From assembly GCF_002113885.1 (NCBI RefSeq), contig NW_018408919.1, positions 1,640,987 through 1,704,986 of the forward strand: a DNA stretch of 64,000 bases. Direction: 5' to 3'. The notes under the pieces are model-generated. The model searched no databases and had not been told where the DNA came from. It saw only the letters and a program-made list of their open reading frames with translations. Positions 11,376 to 23,780 of this stretch are shown piece by piece. The stretch's first letter is position 1; each line of letters opens with the position of its first letter. The DNA comes from Mizuhopecten yessoensis (lineage: Eukaryota). The translations under genes and the position numbers were made by a program.

Positions 11376-14300
11376 TCACTGTTTGATTAAGCCTTCGGTA
11401 CTCAACAGTCGCACGATTTTCTGCAAAACCTCACACGAGGATCTGCTGTCGTCCGCCGTTGTACTTGTGTTGTCCTCGTCAGTGTCATCTATGATGCTTG
11501 TGAGAGACCTTGATCTTCTACAAAACCTTGGTACACTCTGTACAAGACCTTGATGAAATAAATCAAGCACAATTAAACAGATCCGATAAATTTATAATTC
11601 AACATAATCTAAATTTTCTTAAAAAAAAGCAGACAAAAAAAAAAACCAGTCAAGACCGCCTGTGCAAGGAGACAATTTATCAAAGTGTCGTTTTGCAGTT
11701 TTAACATAATCTGTAACAAGAGGCATAACCAGCAATAATTAAGAATTAAGCAAACTTATAGACTTTTGGAAATATATCTCTGAATATAGGTTTGAATGTA
11801 TGCACCTTTCACCCTAAATTTCCCTTTCTTCACATTATATTTCGTACTCTTGCCATAGGTCCGTCTTTTGTCCGACTCTTCATTTTTGTCTTTTTGAACA
11901 GAAGAGCCAGAAACAGTAATGATATTCCTAAGTAATTGTTGTTCTGGACACGTTAAATTTGCATCTTACGCTGTACGATTTTAGATCATTTAACATAAGT
12001 CAAACACATCAACTAAAGTGAACTCCATCTTAGTTTTCGATAATTAAACATTTATTGACTATCGTATTACTACCGTGTCAACATTTAGCTCAAACAGATG
12101 AAAAACTTCTTACCTTTTAATTGCATGGCAACATGGTCCTGTTCAGATTTCTTCAGGGCCACACAGAACTCCTCCAGTCCGTTCTTCCTGATGCAGAGAA
12201 TGTCGACAAGTCTGAGAATTCTTTGTATTCTTACTGGCGGAGCGACTATGTATTCACAAAGTCCCGGAGACAACACCAGCGTTGATACCAGGTGTGGTAA
12301 CACCAAGGGCACATCCATCATATTTTCACAAAGGTAATCCACATTACTTAATAGCTTCTCTGTTTCTTCTTGTGACAATGGTTCATCTTAAAGAAGATTA
12401 TAGACTTCATTGGTCGGTTTAAAAAAAATCTGGATCACAAAGTTGTATGTGTAATATTTGTATTTAATTACATTTTGTCAAACCTAAAATTTAATTTCAA
12501 AATGTTAGTTTCCGCAAGTGTTTTGCCTCCATCTGACTACAATATATTGCAATATTAATGCCTTCTGCAGGCTATATTCGAAGCTTTGTATGCTAAATGA
12601 CTTTCCAGTCTTGTATATTTTTCATACTTGTTCAGATTTGTTGTGTTAGCTCTATAGCTATATATATGGTTGTTCTCTTTCCAGATGACTATTACATATT
12701 TCTAGTTTTTTTGCTATCTTAAGACCAAATTCGAAGCGTTGTTAGGTAAATGAACTTGTTATTATATTTAACTGCATGTTACAAAATTTGTATAGTATCA
12801 TTTAAAATGAGAGAAAACATGTAAAATTTCAGAGGTTAGATAAATAGCATTTTGGAAAGGGTTATTCACGCTGTTGCGGCGAATCGCCCTAAAAGTAACT
12901 CGCGGATGATCTTATAATTGTTTCTAGCTATATGTACAAATACTTCACAGAGTCTATGCCATCTTTTGGACATTTCATGGGGGTAATATCTGTGCTATAC
13001 TAGGTAAATTCACTTTTTTTTAAATTTCATTTGAACTCTTTTTTATACAACACTAATACTACTCCAAATGTATTCTTTCTAAACCCACTTATTAGTCGTG
13101 TACGCTATAAATGAATAAAACGACATCTCACTTTTAATATACCGTCTGATGTAAAAAGCTTTTACTATTTGAAGGAAACACATATTGAGACGAGTTAAAT
13201 ATACGGGGGTACGCCTACATGTTTTGAAGATATCAGCTCTATTTTTAAATGCCATATGCCATTAAATCAAGATCAAACATAGTTTGATAAAAAAACAAAA
13301 ACGCAAAAACGTCAAGTGGATACCGATGTGTCGACAAAACTACAATTTGAACTAAAAATCAATTAAACGAGCAATAAAACAAAGCATGAACAAAGGGAAG
13401 ATTCACATGGAGACCCTCGAAAACATTTTTTCATCGCGTACGTTCTTTCAAACCATAATTTGCGCGATCCGATGAGTAAATAATGCTTCTGACAAGTGTG
13501 GGCCAATCATTGTTGTAACCGCCCACGTAAGTTATTCTTTAAAGATATTTCAGTGTCGGAATGTGTCACAATCGCTCTCTCACGTAAACCTACCGTTATG
13601 GTGCATCAAGCAATTTGGCCCTAGATATTAAATGAAGTTCGGTCAATGGTGAAACCGCCCACATTATCTTTAGTTAAAAAAAGGTTCCAATGTCAGATTT
13701 AACAACACAATCGCCCACGTATGCTTGTGGTTGTAAAATTACAGTCATACATTACGCATTCTTATTTATTGAAATGCGAGGACCAACCTCAATGTGTAGC
13801 ATGTCACGGACCATTTACAGTAAAGCATTTGTTACAGAATGCATCGACCTTCAGCCAACACGAGCAAAATTATAGGAATATAACAAATCACAAATCACTC
13901 TTCGAAACGGTAATTATCACAACAATTCTAACCTACCTGAAAACTGTTGGTCTGTTAAAAAAAAGATATAACTAACCATAGGCATTTGTTTCCAAGATGA
14001 CATTTGTCTTTTTTGTCTTTTTGTTTATTTGATGTGGTTTCTTTTTTATCTACCTTTCATTGGCCCTAAAGACCTCTTCTGCAGTTATGGGCCGTTAAGA
14101 ACTGTAGAATTCGACCTCTCTTTAAACAACGAAATTGAAACGGGACAAAACAAGAAAGAAAGTCTGTTGTTTACCCTTAATCAACAGTAAATATCCAACA
14201 CAATATGATAGAAAGACATACCAGGACCTTTAATCAAAAGAATTAATAAACCTTCACGATATGTCAACATCTTGTCTAGTTTCAAATAACAAAAGAAAAA

Positions 14301-17300
14301 GGGGTTCGATACATGCCCACTGCGCCTGTTTTTGGAGTATGAAAATGATAATGTATTGCAACCATACTATGCTCTCACTGAAACTAATCTGAAAAGCCAT
14401 CAGTGGACCTCTTGTGCAGATAGAAATTTTTAAAATGTTAAAAATGGAAAATGCTTCATAAGTAAATGTAATACGAGTATATATTCCAATTTAGACTTGA
14501 GAGTAGGCAAAACCGTATATTGTTTACCTTTAACTAGATTTTCGCCAAGAGAATGACACGCTCCTACGAAATCGCGGATGTTGACTGATTTGGAAACCCT
14601 CGCCCATTCCCAAATCACTTGTCGGAATCTTTCGTCCTCGTCATCTTGATCTTCTATAACTTCCAGTAGATCATCCGGTATCCCCAGGGCCGAGCCGAAT
14701 TGTCTGAATTTCACACCTGTTATTATTGAAATATGAACGTAACACACACAGGTGATTGCACCTTAAACAAATGGTAACGGATACAGTATACCAAAAATGA
14801 ATTACACTGGACCATACAGCTGACTCGTCCTGATGATGCTAGTGGTAAAACAAATCCGAATTCGTCTAAACTCAAACAGAAGGAAGGGTGAATACAACCC
14901 ATACATTTTATGATTTTCAAAAAGTAAAGGACACTGGTTAATTTCAAATTAAATCATTGGAAAAGAGTGCATATTATGAACCGTGCAACTTTACAAATGA
15001 TATTACTGTGGTAACGGTGTACCTCGAGGACTGGACAATCCACCAGCAGAGTCTACCAAGTTATATCTTGGAAAATGAGACACGCATGTAATTGAAATTA
15101 TGAGGCATTTCAGGAATGGACTTTAGATTGTTATACTATTGCTTTAACCAATTGAGTTACCTGCTCAACGGAAGTACGTGATATCTAGACAGAAGATAAG
15201 GGGAGGTTACTTGTATATACGAAAAACCACAGTACAGTTGGACAGGAATCCTTAAATGACATGGATATATATATATCCTTTTGTATCTGGAGGAGCCATT
15301 TAGTTTGAAAATTCGACGTTAAACATTCCCTAACAAATTCACGAACCATGTATCTCTTTAAATAAATACCAGAAGCACGAAGTAAGTAAGCACGAATGTG
15401 ACACTTTAGTTTGTCAATACAGAGAGCCAAACAAAGAAAATACTTTTACTACATCATTACGCCGTTATGTCTTTTAAGGACTCATCCACAGTGGTGTTTA
15501 TGTCTAACATGGTCCTTAACCTGTGTAGAAATACAGACAAATGTGTCTATTCCGTCTTTGCGTATTGCAGAGGTATTGATTGTTACGTCATTGGTTTGTG
15601 TGAGAAAATTACGTCGTTTTCTCAAAAATTGATGACGTTACTCTTACAAACAAATGACGTATCAATCAATACCTGCTCCCAAGAGAAGATAACTCTGCAA
15701 TACGCAAAGACGGAATAGCAATGAACCAATAACAGAGAAAGTGAACATGAATTAATACTAATTATCATATATTTCCTCGGCCAAATAAAGCGTCTTCATT
15801 TTTATTTTTTTAAATAACATTATAAACAGAACCGGAAACCTTTTTTCTGTATTTTTCCGCATGCGTAGTTGAGTTCAGCTGGGATATGGAATGCCATCAA
15901 CTCTTCATGTACTGCTTTGGGTCGTCCAGTTTTGTTTTGGTCGAGGAGTTTCTGTACACCAACGCTGATTTTCTCCACCATGATATCTGCATGGGTTTGT
16001 TTATGGAGACATTCGCCAATTAAACTCTTCATCTCTAATAATAGTTCGGAGATGTCACTGTCTTCTGCCTTATCACTTTCAAGTTTTTTCTCTAAAGTTT
16101 GTAATTTATCCTTCGTCTGTAAAAATAAATAAATGATTTAGCTATTTGGTACGAACATTCTATAATATTGTTATTCTTTGTCCATTTATAGGGACATTAA
16201 CAATCCCTGCCCCACTTCAGGCAAAACACTAGACAAGTCACGGTGCGTTTTTAAAAGTTAATTTCCCTTGATATTCGCACAAAGAACACAGTTCTGAGTT
16301 ATTTTGTGTTTATTTCATCTATATCTTTTTCATAAAAGTCCTGCGAGGTATTGTTTTTTTCTGATGATTGATTTATCAAAGCTATAGTCATGCTTAAAAT
16401 AAGTTTCAAATGTATCGCGAGTTGCAGTTATATTTACATTTTGATAGAGTTTAAATTGATGACGTCAGAATATAGATTGATGACGCTCAATGCATTGTAA
16501 TGGAAGGATGCAGAGCAAATGTTAACATAAAAACATAACTCTTAACGATATCAACTGTTAACTACATATGATATGAAACCGGAGTACCCGGAGAAAACCC
16601 ACGTATTCGGGCAGGTGACCCTATACCTTTTCACGTCCGATCGGGGAATCGAACCCCGGCCGCCTTGGTGAAAGACAACCGCTATATTATCTTACTTTCC
16701 ATTTGTAAACGTAACTTAAGTTTCCGTCGTTGAACCGTCGTTGAATCAAGATATGTATATAATCACCTGTAACATAATATCTGAGCATTTTTTTTCTATG
16801 ATTCCTTAAGACGTCTGTATGCGTGACTTGTCCATTTAACTATACCTTTTATTTATATTGTAAATCTACACAGACAAAATACAACTTACCAAAAAAATAT
16901 TATCCGTACTTCCTAGTACGACTTCCTAGCCTCACGAAACACGTACACTGATATACACGGTTTCTGAGCTTATTCTGGTAGTTGGAATGAGAGAAAAATA
17001 CTCTTTCTTGCCCAAAGGTGTAGGATAGTGAAATTTCAACCTCGGGTTATTCAAATTCGGCAAAACCCTCGGCAAAGTCTCGGGTTTTACAAAATCTGAA
17101 AAACCCTCGGGTGGAATTTCCCTATCCTACACCCCTGGGCATGAAAGAGTCTTATAATCCATATCTTCGTCTGAACAATGGATAGAAAGTATTAAGTTTC
17201 CGCGATGTAACCCTCGCACGTAAATACAAGCGATTAACAGGTGTGATTGTTTAGATTTATTTTAATTTAAAGCCAAATTCAATGAAACGTGCATAATTTA

Positions 17301-18367
17301 TTCAGAACGTAACAGAATCTGTATCAATACCTCAGTTGTACCGTATTTATTTAATAGTGTAAAACGTATGTGTTCCGGAAGTGCTCAAGGTGACACTCCC
17401 TCCGAATTGTTCGTAAGCAGGTAATCAGACATGTTTTGAGATGAAATAATTTGAGTGGGCTACCTAGAACAGAGAAGGGTGTACAGATGTGATTTCACTG
17501 CACCCCAGAACATTGAAGCATTTATACGATGTTTCTACTGTATAAATACTTCGTACACGTGTGTGTGGTACATGTACACAAACGAAGAATCTATACTTTG
17601 TAACTGTACCGTATATATATACTTCGTTTGTGTATCACACAAAAGTGAGCACAAACGTGTTATTTTGTACAGAAACAAAGTATGAATTCTTCAAATGTGC
17701 CTGGTCACCTACGGCCATCGTCGTAGATAATTCATAGAAATATCCATTTTCCTTTCTTATATTTGTCTTACTTTAAGGGTGGAGACTGAGGGATTCCCTA
17801 GTCAAATATTTTGTATAACGTCACGTCAATAATACAATGACGTCACGTCGATAGTGCATTGACGTCACGTTAACAATACATTGAATATGTAATGCAATAT
17901 TGAATGTATACGAAATGATCAATCAGGGTAAGAGGGAAAAAACCTCGGGGATTGATTCCCTTATCTCACCCCAAAGGGCAAAAGATTCTGATAATCTAGA
18001 CGTTTTAGAGAGGTCATATTACTGTACCACATACCTTACATAGGGATTGCTCGACTTTAATCTTCTCTCTGAACGCTTGTAGTTCATGATCCTCCATGCT
18101 CTCAATAGTTCGTTGAGTTCTCTTCTCCTTTTCGAAAATTTCCTTGCTCTTGTCCTTCGAATCTGGATAACTTCTTCGAAGAACTGGCTGTTTAAACCGA
18201 CCAGACTGAAGTGTTTCAACCGTTTGTTGAATAATGTCTTGTAAGTGATCACGGTCATTACTTAAATCGCCATTATCATCAGCAACACCTCGTATATGTT
18301 CCTTCAGGATACGGTATAGTTCTTTGAGAGTCTTCTTAGGGTCTTTACTTGATGAAAGTTCTGCCAT
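11376..18367 (-). CDS. Paralogue A: coiled-coil + Death domain + CARD protein, 414 aa, 5 coding exons
   Basis: Exons 18367-18035, 16116-15840, 14716-14528, 12386-12114 and 11548-11376. All introns are GT-AG with phases 0,1,1,1; total 1245 nt, open to TGA. DD: FRQFGSALGI...RFRQVIWEWAR...IRDFVGAC. CARD: LLSNVDYLCENM-DV..VLPHLV...RILRLVDIL...GLEEFCVAL...QDHVA..L. Confidence 0.9.
12114..12386 (-). CDS. Paralogue A CARD exon (phase 1-1)
   Basis: TAAG|ATGAA acceptor and AAAG|GTAAG donor; Apaf-1/RAIDD-like CARD pattern. Confidence 0.9.
13700..14102 (+). mobile_element. 3' remnant of an I-group (Nimb/I-like) LINE in intron 3 of A
   Basis: THSYLLKCEDQPQCVACHGPFTVKHLL matches the C-terminal CCHC zinc knuckle of I-group ORF2, followed by a TGGCCC...GGGCCGTTAA tail. 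Confidence 0.75.
14528..14716 (-). CDS. Paralogue A Death-domain exon (phase 1-1)
   Basis: ACAG|GTGTG acceptor and AAAG|GTAAAC donor; Death-domain pattern LG..LGI.....I....E...Q.I..W. Confidence 0.85.
16576..16675 (-). mobile_element. Truncated V-domain tRNA-SINE
   Basis: GAAACCGGAGTACCCGGAGAAAACCCAC (reverse complement of the V domain) and GGAATCGAACC (reverse complement of the B box). Confidence 0.8.
17000..17155. mobile_element. Palindromic (foldback) MITE
   Basis: GGTGTAGGATAG.GAAATT.CAACCTCGGG...CCTCGGCAAAGTCTCGGG...CCCTCGGGTGGAATTTCCCTATCCTACACC. Confidence 0.8.
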
Positions 18368-18518
18368 TGTTGCCGATTATTAGAAACTTTAAACCAACTT
18401 AAAATCATGTAGGTGTTAACGAATATCAACTTAACTACAACATTAATATCTTCAATATGTTAAACGTATAGAGGTGAGATAATAAATATTCTGGCGCACA
18501 CGCAGGTAAAACCCAAGA

Positions 18519-18544
18519 TTATATATTTCTCCGGTTTCACTTCC
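18519..18544 (-). promoter_or_regulatory. Candidate promoter of A: ETS-IRF composite-like motif plus TATA box
   Basis: The minus strand reads GGAAGTGAAAC (18544-18534) then TATATAA (18525-18519), ~150 bp upstream of the ATG at 18367. Confidence 0.5.
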
Positions 18545-21500
18545 TGTTTTAAGTGGTGTTTTCAAATTTCGTTGATAAAGGAGAACAGTGCTATGGCTAT
18601 CATCTATCGGCGTGACAAGTTCTTTAGATACCATGTTTACTTCTTAACGTGAGACGTGAGACACCAGTCTTTGAATAAAGCCAGGCAGTTTTCAATAATC
18701 CCGTTGTTGTCAAAAGGGATTGTGGTGTCAATGGCTCCAAAGACTACATTGTTCCGTTGACTTTATTGCCAGAAAAGAAACTTTAGGAAGGAGGAAGGGG
18801 TATCGGAAGTTTCTTGAAGAACTTTTGACTTTTGTAATAATGATAAGTCCATCATTATACTTAGTACAGTACACAGCTTAATGTATTGCACTTCCTGATT
18901 TAAAGTTAGGTTGACGATATAGTCACATATACTATTTTCCCCTTAAGCTTCCTGGTTTATGATATACAGAACTTTTTGTCCTTGTTGACGTCAGCCTTTT
19001 CCTAAACCATTCGACGCCTTTATGATTTTTAAAATCGATGAATGCATGGTTATTTCCTTGTTTCAATTTTAATATGGCCACTGTTAGGATTATATATTTA
19101 GAGAGATTCCCATCGGATTAACGATGGACTAAAGGATCACTGTCCCATAACACTGTGTTTATAACCCTGCCTTCATTTCGTTTTTGGATTTAACTGAAGC
19201 AGAGGTCGGCTACGAATCTCCATCCACCAAGCAGCTCAGTCAGTTAGAGCGATAGTATAGCAATCTGATGTCCAGGGTTATAATATTCCAGTAATTAGTT
19301 TTTTCCCATAAAGGTACGATTTTCTATTCAGGAATGATTTATCAAATATATAGTAATGACGGAGAAATCGGTTTCTGGTGCGTCGTTACAGTTTTTGACA
19401 TGGGACGGAGATCCCTTATTAACCTCTTCCGGGTAGGACAGCGAAATAGCCTACACCAGCTTCAAAGACTCACTCAGGTTACGTATCATCACGAGTTGTG
19501 TGTTTTGTCTGGAATAAAAGTAGATAAAGCCGGTGTGATGCAATCGAGCTGAAATTGTTACGAGAAAACTATCTCGGTACAATTGACCTATTTTGTTATG
19601 AATACACTACAGATCCGATCATTCTAGTATATGTTGATGATTTATTACATGTCCATGGTTTATTTATTTATTAATTTATTATTTATTTATTAATTTATAT
19701 ATTTATTCATTAATTAATATATTTATTGAACTTCACATGGAATTATATTGGAAACACATGAAGAAAGAAGGAAAAAACAACAAGTTAGTGTCAATGTATA
19801 AGATATTACATAATAAACGTCCCTACTTACTTAACTGTTGTACCTAATCCTTGTATTAATCATTTAGAACCAGACATGTATGCTTTACGCAGGAAACGTT
19901 TTTTGAACATTCCTTTATGTAGATCTAATATTTATACTAATTGTTACTTTCGTTCTACTTTTTGGCGAATTTAATGCAATAGAACTAGATACTAATACAT
20001 CCACATGCATTGCAAAATTCCAGGAACGTATTTCAGTATCTAGTAATAGTGAAAACGAAATGACCTCTAATTGAAAAGTGATATGTACAGAAATTACTAT
20101 ATACCCTAAATTTTGATCTATTTAAAGATAACTTAAAAGACCATTCTACCCGTCACTGTTGCTATGCTCAGCAAACTGCACAACACTATTTTTCCCACTG
20201 CCCTTGATTTTTTGTTATAGAAAGGGATTTAGTAAAATAAAACATTCAGAATTATAGACTCCATGATCACTTTAATTTATCAGTATTATTGCATAGCTGT
20301 ATTCTGTGTAGTGATGAAGAAAAAACCTCAATATGCAGGCATATCCTTGCAGATATCAAAAACACTAGACGGTTCCTGATAACCTGACTACCTACCTATC
20401 TAAAAATGATTACTTTATTAAAACTTCAAACATCGTATAACTCATCGGCAGAGGGAAACAATTGAAAATATAGAAAAGAAATTACAGATCCAAAGTGTTA
20501 CAAAAGGGCAAGCAGATCAATTATGGTAATAAACACTCGATTCTGCAGGGGCATTACTTAAGCAATGTGATACAGCATGCCCCTTCTTCCTATTAAGCAC
20601 CATGGGGTAGTATATGTGGAAATCGTAAGGAACAAAGTATAAACTGTATAGTAACCCCCCTACAAATACTTTAAGATTCCTCACTTTTAACTCGCTGGAT
20701 AAACATGCAAGGGATTTGGCAATATGTTTGGGTCACCACTTGTACATGTAGTGGGTAGCACACTGGACTGGACGTAATATCTGTTGTCAATATTGCACTA
20801 ATGACGTCAGGAAACAATGAATTACGACTTCACCTTTGATTGAGATTAAAAAAGTTAAGGGCTAAGTTTTCCCAGATCGAAAACACAAATAATGTATTTC
20901 CAAGAGAAACACGTGGTTTTCTGTAGTTATTATCTTACGAGAAAATGGTCTCGCGACTCGTGATAGTTCACAATCATATTTATCTTACTCCCGTCACTTA
21001 TCTTTTCAATTATAAAAGACACTCGAACTTTCTCTATAAAACCAGCCATCACTGTTACAACTATTTCTGTTAGAAATACAAGCAGAAACAGTTGTCTTCC
21101 TGGTTACAAAAATTAGAATATAACCTTGTTAAACTTCCGGATTCGTTTCTATGTAGACGTAGATATAATTAAACACTAGAAATTTACAGCATAATCTAAA
21201 TACATACAGTTTATGATCTCCCACGCATGTCCCACACTTTTCCCCCACCTCCACACAGTGACACAATGTGCTTGGTATATCGACAGTAAACAATGCTATA
21301 ATAGTGTGGTTCACACTGCAGATCCCTGTCTTGACTTTTACCAAGTGTATGTTACATGGTGCAAGTTGAATTACTCTAGTACAAATGTAGCAGGAAGTGT
21401 TTTTTAACTAGTTGTTACCCACTTATCAAATCAACGAATCGAACCAGGAATGGGTTCCGAATAGTTTACGTTGATTTCACGCTAGTCTTTATTTTCTCTG

Positions 21501-22285
21501 CCTTTGTTGTTCCGGCTCCAGTCTTCGGAAAGTAAATTAAGCACTTACAGTGGGCAATGATGAGTTAAATTCCTCACCGAAAATGTATTATGCATATAAG
21601 AAAATTGTAGCTATGCGATTAAAGTAATACAACACGTATATCTCAGATTTCACACGTTTATTGCGCCGTTTATGAATATATAGCACTAATTAAAATATAT
21701 CATACAAGCGATGCACTCGTGCAATCAGAATCATCAGGTGCACACATATGTGTGACATGGCCTAGATATCTTCAACTCAAAAGCATAAGGCATCAGGCAA
21801 GGTATATGCTATGTTTTTACTGATCTCTAGAGGCAATTTAATTTTCAACTTCAATACAGTGTATTTGAAAAAAATAATGTAACACCGTCTAAATGATTGG
21901 ACAACTGGCTTACAGCCTATATAAGTCCTCTCCCTTGGTGGTATAAATATATGGAGATATTGTATTGATGTTATAACTATAAAGAAAAAGATTTTGCTAA
22001 CTGTCAGTAATTAATCATGAGAAACATATTAGGCATTAGAACATTTTAGACATTGTTACCATAGCGGCAATAATGGTATCTTAGCGCAAAAGGGGACGCA
22101 ACTCCAAATATATTTCTAGATTCTGACATTCTATTGCATCCGGGCGTATATTGACAATATAATACACGATTTTAAACAATATGACCGACAAATTTCAAGT
22201 GAAAAAGACTTTTCAAGACAGATTATTTGCATTATTTAAATCCTTCATTCATTATTTACTTATGTTCTCCAAATATTACTGTGTT

Positions 22286-22287
22286 TG

Positions 22288-22328
<41 letters not shown>

Positions 22329-22358
22329 CGCGCGCGAGGTAGTGTGTGTGTGTGTGTT
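22286..22358. repeat. Compound (GT)n(GC)n microsatellite
   Basis: Alternating purine-pyrimidine run read directly from the sequence. Confidence 0.95.
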
Positions 22359-23780
22359 TGAAACGATGCTGATAGAATAGGCAAGTTCAAAAATTATGTT
22401 AAATTTCATCATGACACCGTTTTGATTAATAGAGATATGACTTCTACTTTTTTCATAAAGTGAATATTGTAATGCATATGTAAGAAGTACAGGGAATCGT
22501 TTCTTATTGTGGGGTTGAAAGTGTGTTTCTATTTGTTTCGGTGACACATGCCTTTTCATGCATCCGATTTCGGTTCCGATTTTGCACTCGTCTGTTGACA
22601 CCGCGGAACAATATATAGTGTATTTCATCTGTACAGTCTATACATTGAGTTTTCACACTACACATCCACATGTATATAATAAGTTGAAATTTACTGAAAG
22701 GCCAAGTGAGCTTACAACATGACTCGTCCGTTCATTCGTCTGTTTGTCGACATTGTTGATGATTTTGATTCCTTGACCATTATTGCAACTGGCAATCAGG
22801 ATCGGGGATTTTATCGACAGTCCAAGTAAAGAAAATACAGGATTTTTATAAATGATTATTCTCCATAGTGATGCGAAGTAGGGTACACTAACAAGGTCAT
22901 CATGATTCAACCGTCAGCACTAGTTACCCGTTGGCTGAATTGTATGTGCATTTATATAAATAGGATTTTATATAAATACTTCATTAGCCTCGGGTGACAA
23001 TGATACCCTCGGGGTGACCCTAGGCACTGTCATATTTCTACGAATATAGTACTTTTTTATTACACAAAAAAAAACATGGCGGCTGAAACGAACCGTAAGC
23101 GCATCTTCTTTGAGTGGTCACTATTTACACTGTCACACACACTGTCATTCGTTGCTAGGGCGTTGGGAAGCACCCTTCCATTGACTCAATGTTAAAGCGA
23201 ACATGACAGTGTGAAATGATCAATTTGACTCAGCCAATCGAAGTTTTACCAGAGGTAATCAAAACAATATGTTTTGTCATATATATTGGCATTGACCAAT
23301 TGCTGTACGTAATATTCTTAAATATCAATGAAACGATATTGACAGAACAAGTAATCACTCCAGCAATCATTGCCACTTGAACAATTTATTTAGAGCTATT
23401 CGTGGTGTTTCGTAAAAACGCTTTAACCATAATTTCACATGACGTCATTTGTATTAAAAGTTATTTAAAGCTCTATAACGTTTCGTTCATAAAGTGAATG
23501 TGTATAAATGTACAGATACAAAAAATTGTGGGTTTTTTGTTGTTTTTCATTTCATTTTGAGTGCCTCGTCAGTCCACTTGTTGTCATTATGCACTCATCT
23601 TTAGTTTTGATTATATACTTTTCTGTATACGCCGAGGAACACTTTCATATTTCCTTGCAATGGATATGTTGCTTTTGTTGAGAAAATGAAGAAGTAAGAG
23701 AGGAAGTCTTTTTAAACGCATAGCATTTTTACCACTAAAATACACAAAGATGATGTCCAAACTCGCGCTATAGTTAGCAG

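Noticed and set aside
16630-16675. tRNA genes at the GGTTCGA B-box motifs (also ~10660, ~25870, ~49650)
   Set aside because: No full cloverleaf; each is attached to a SINE core domain, so these are SINE heads.
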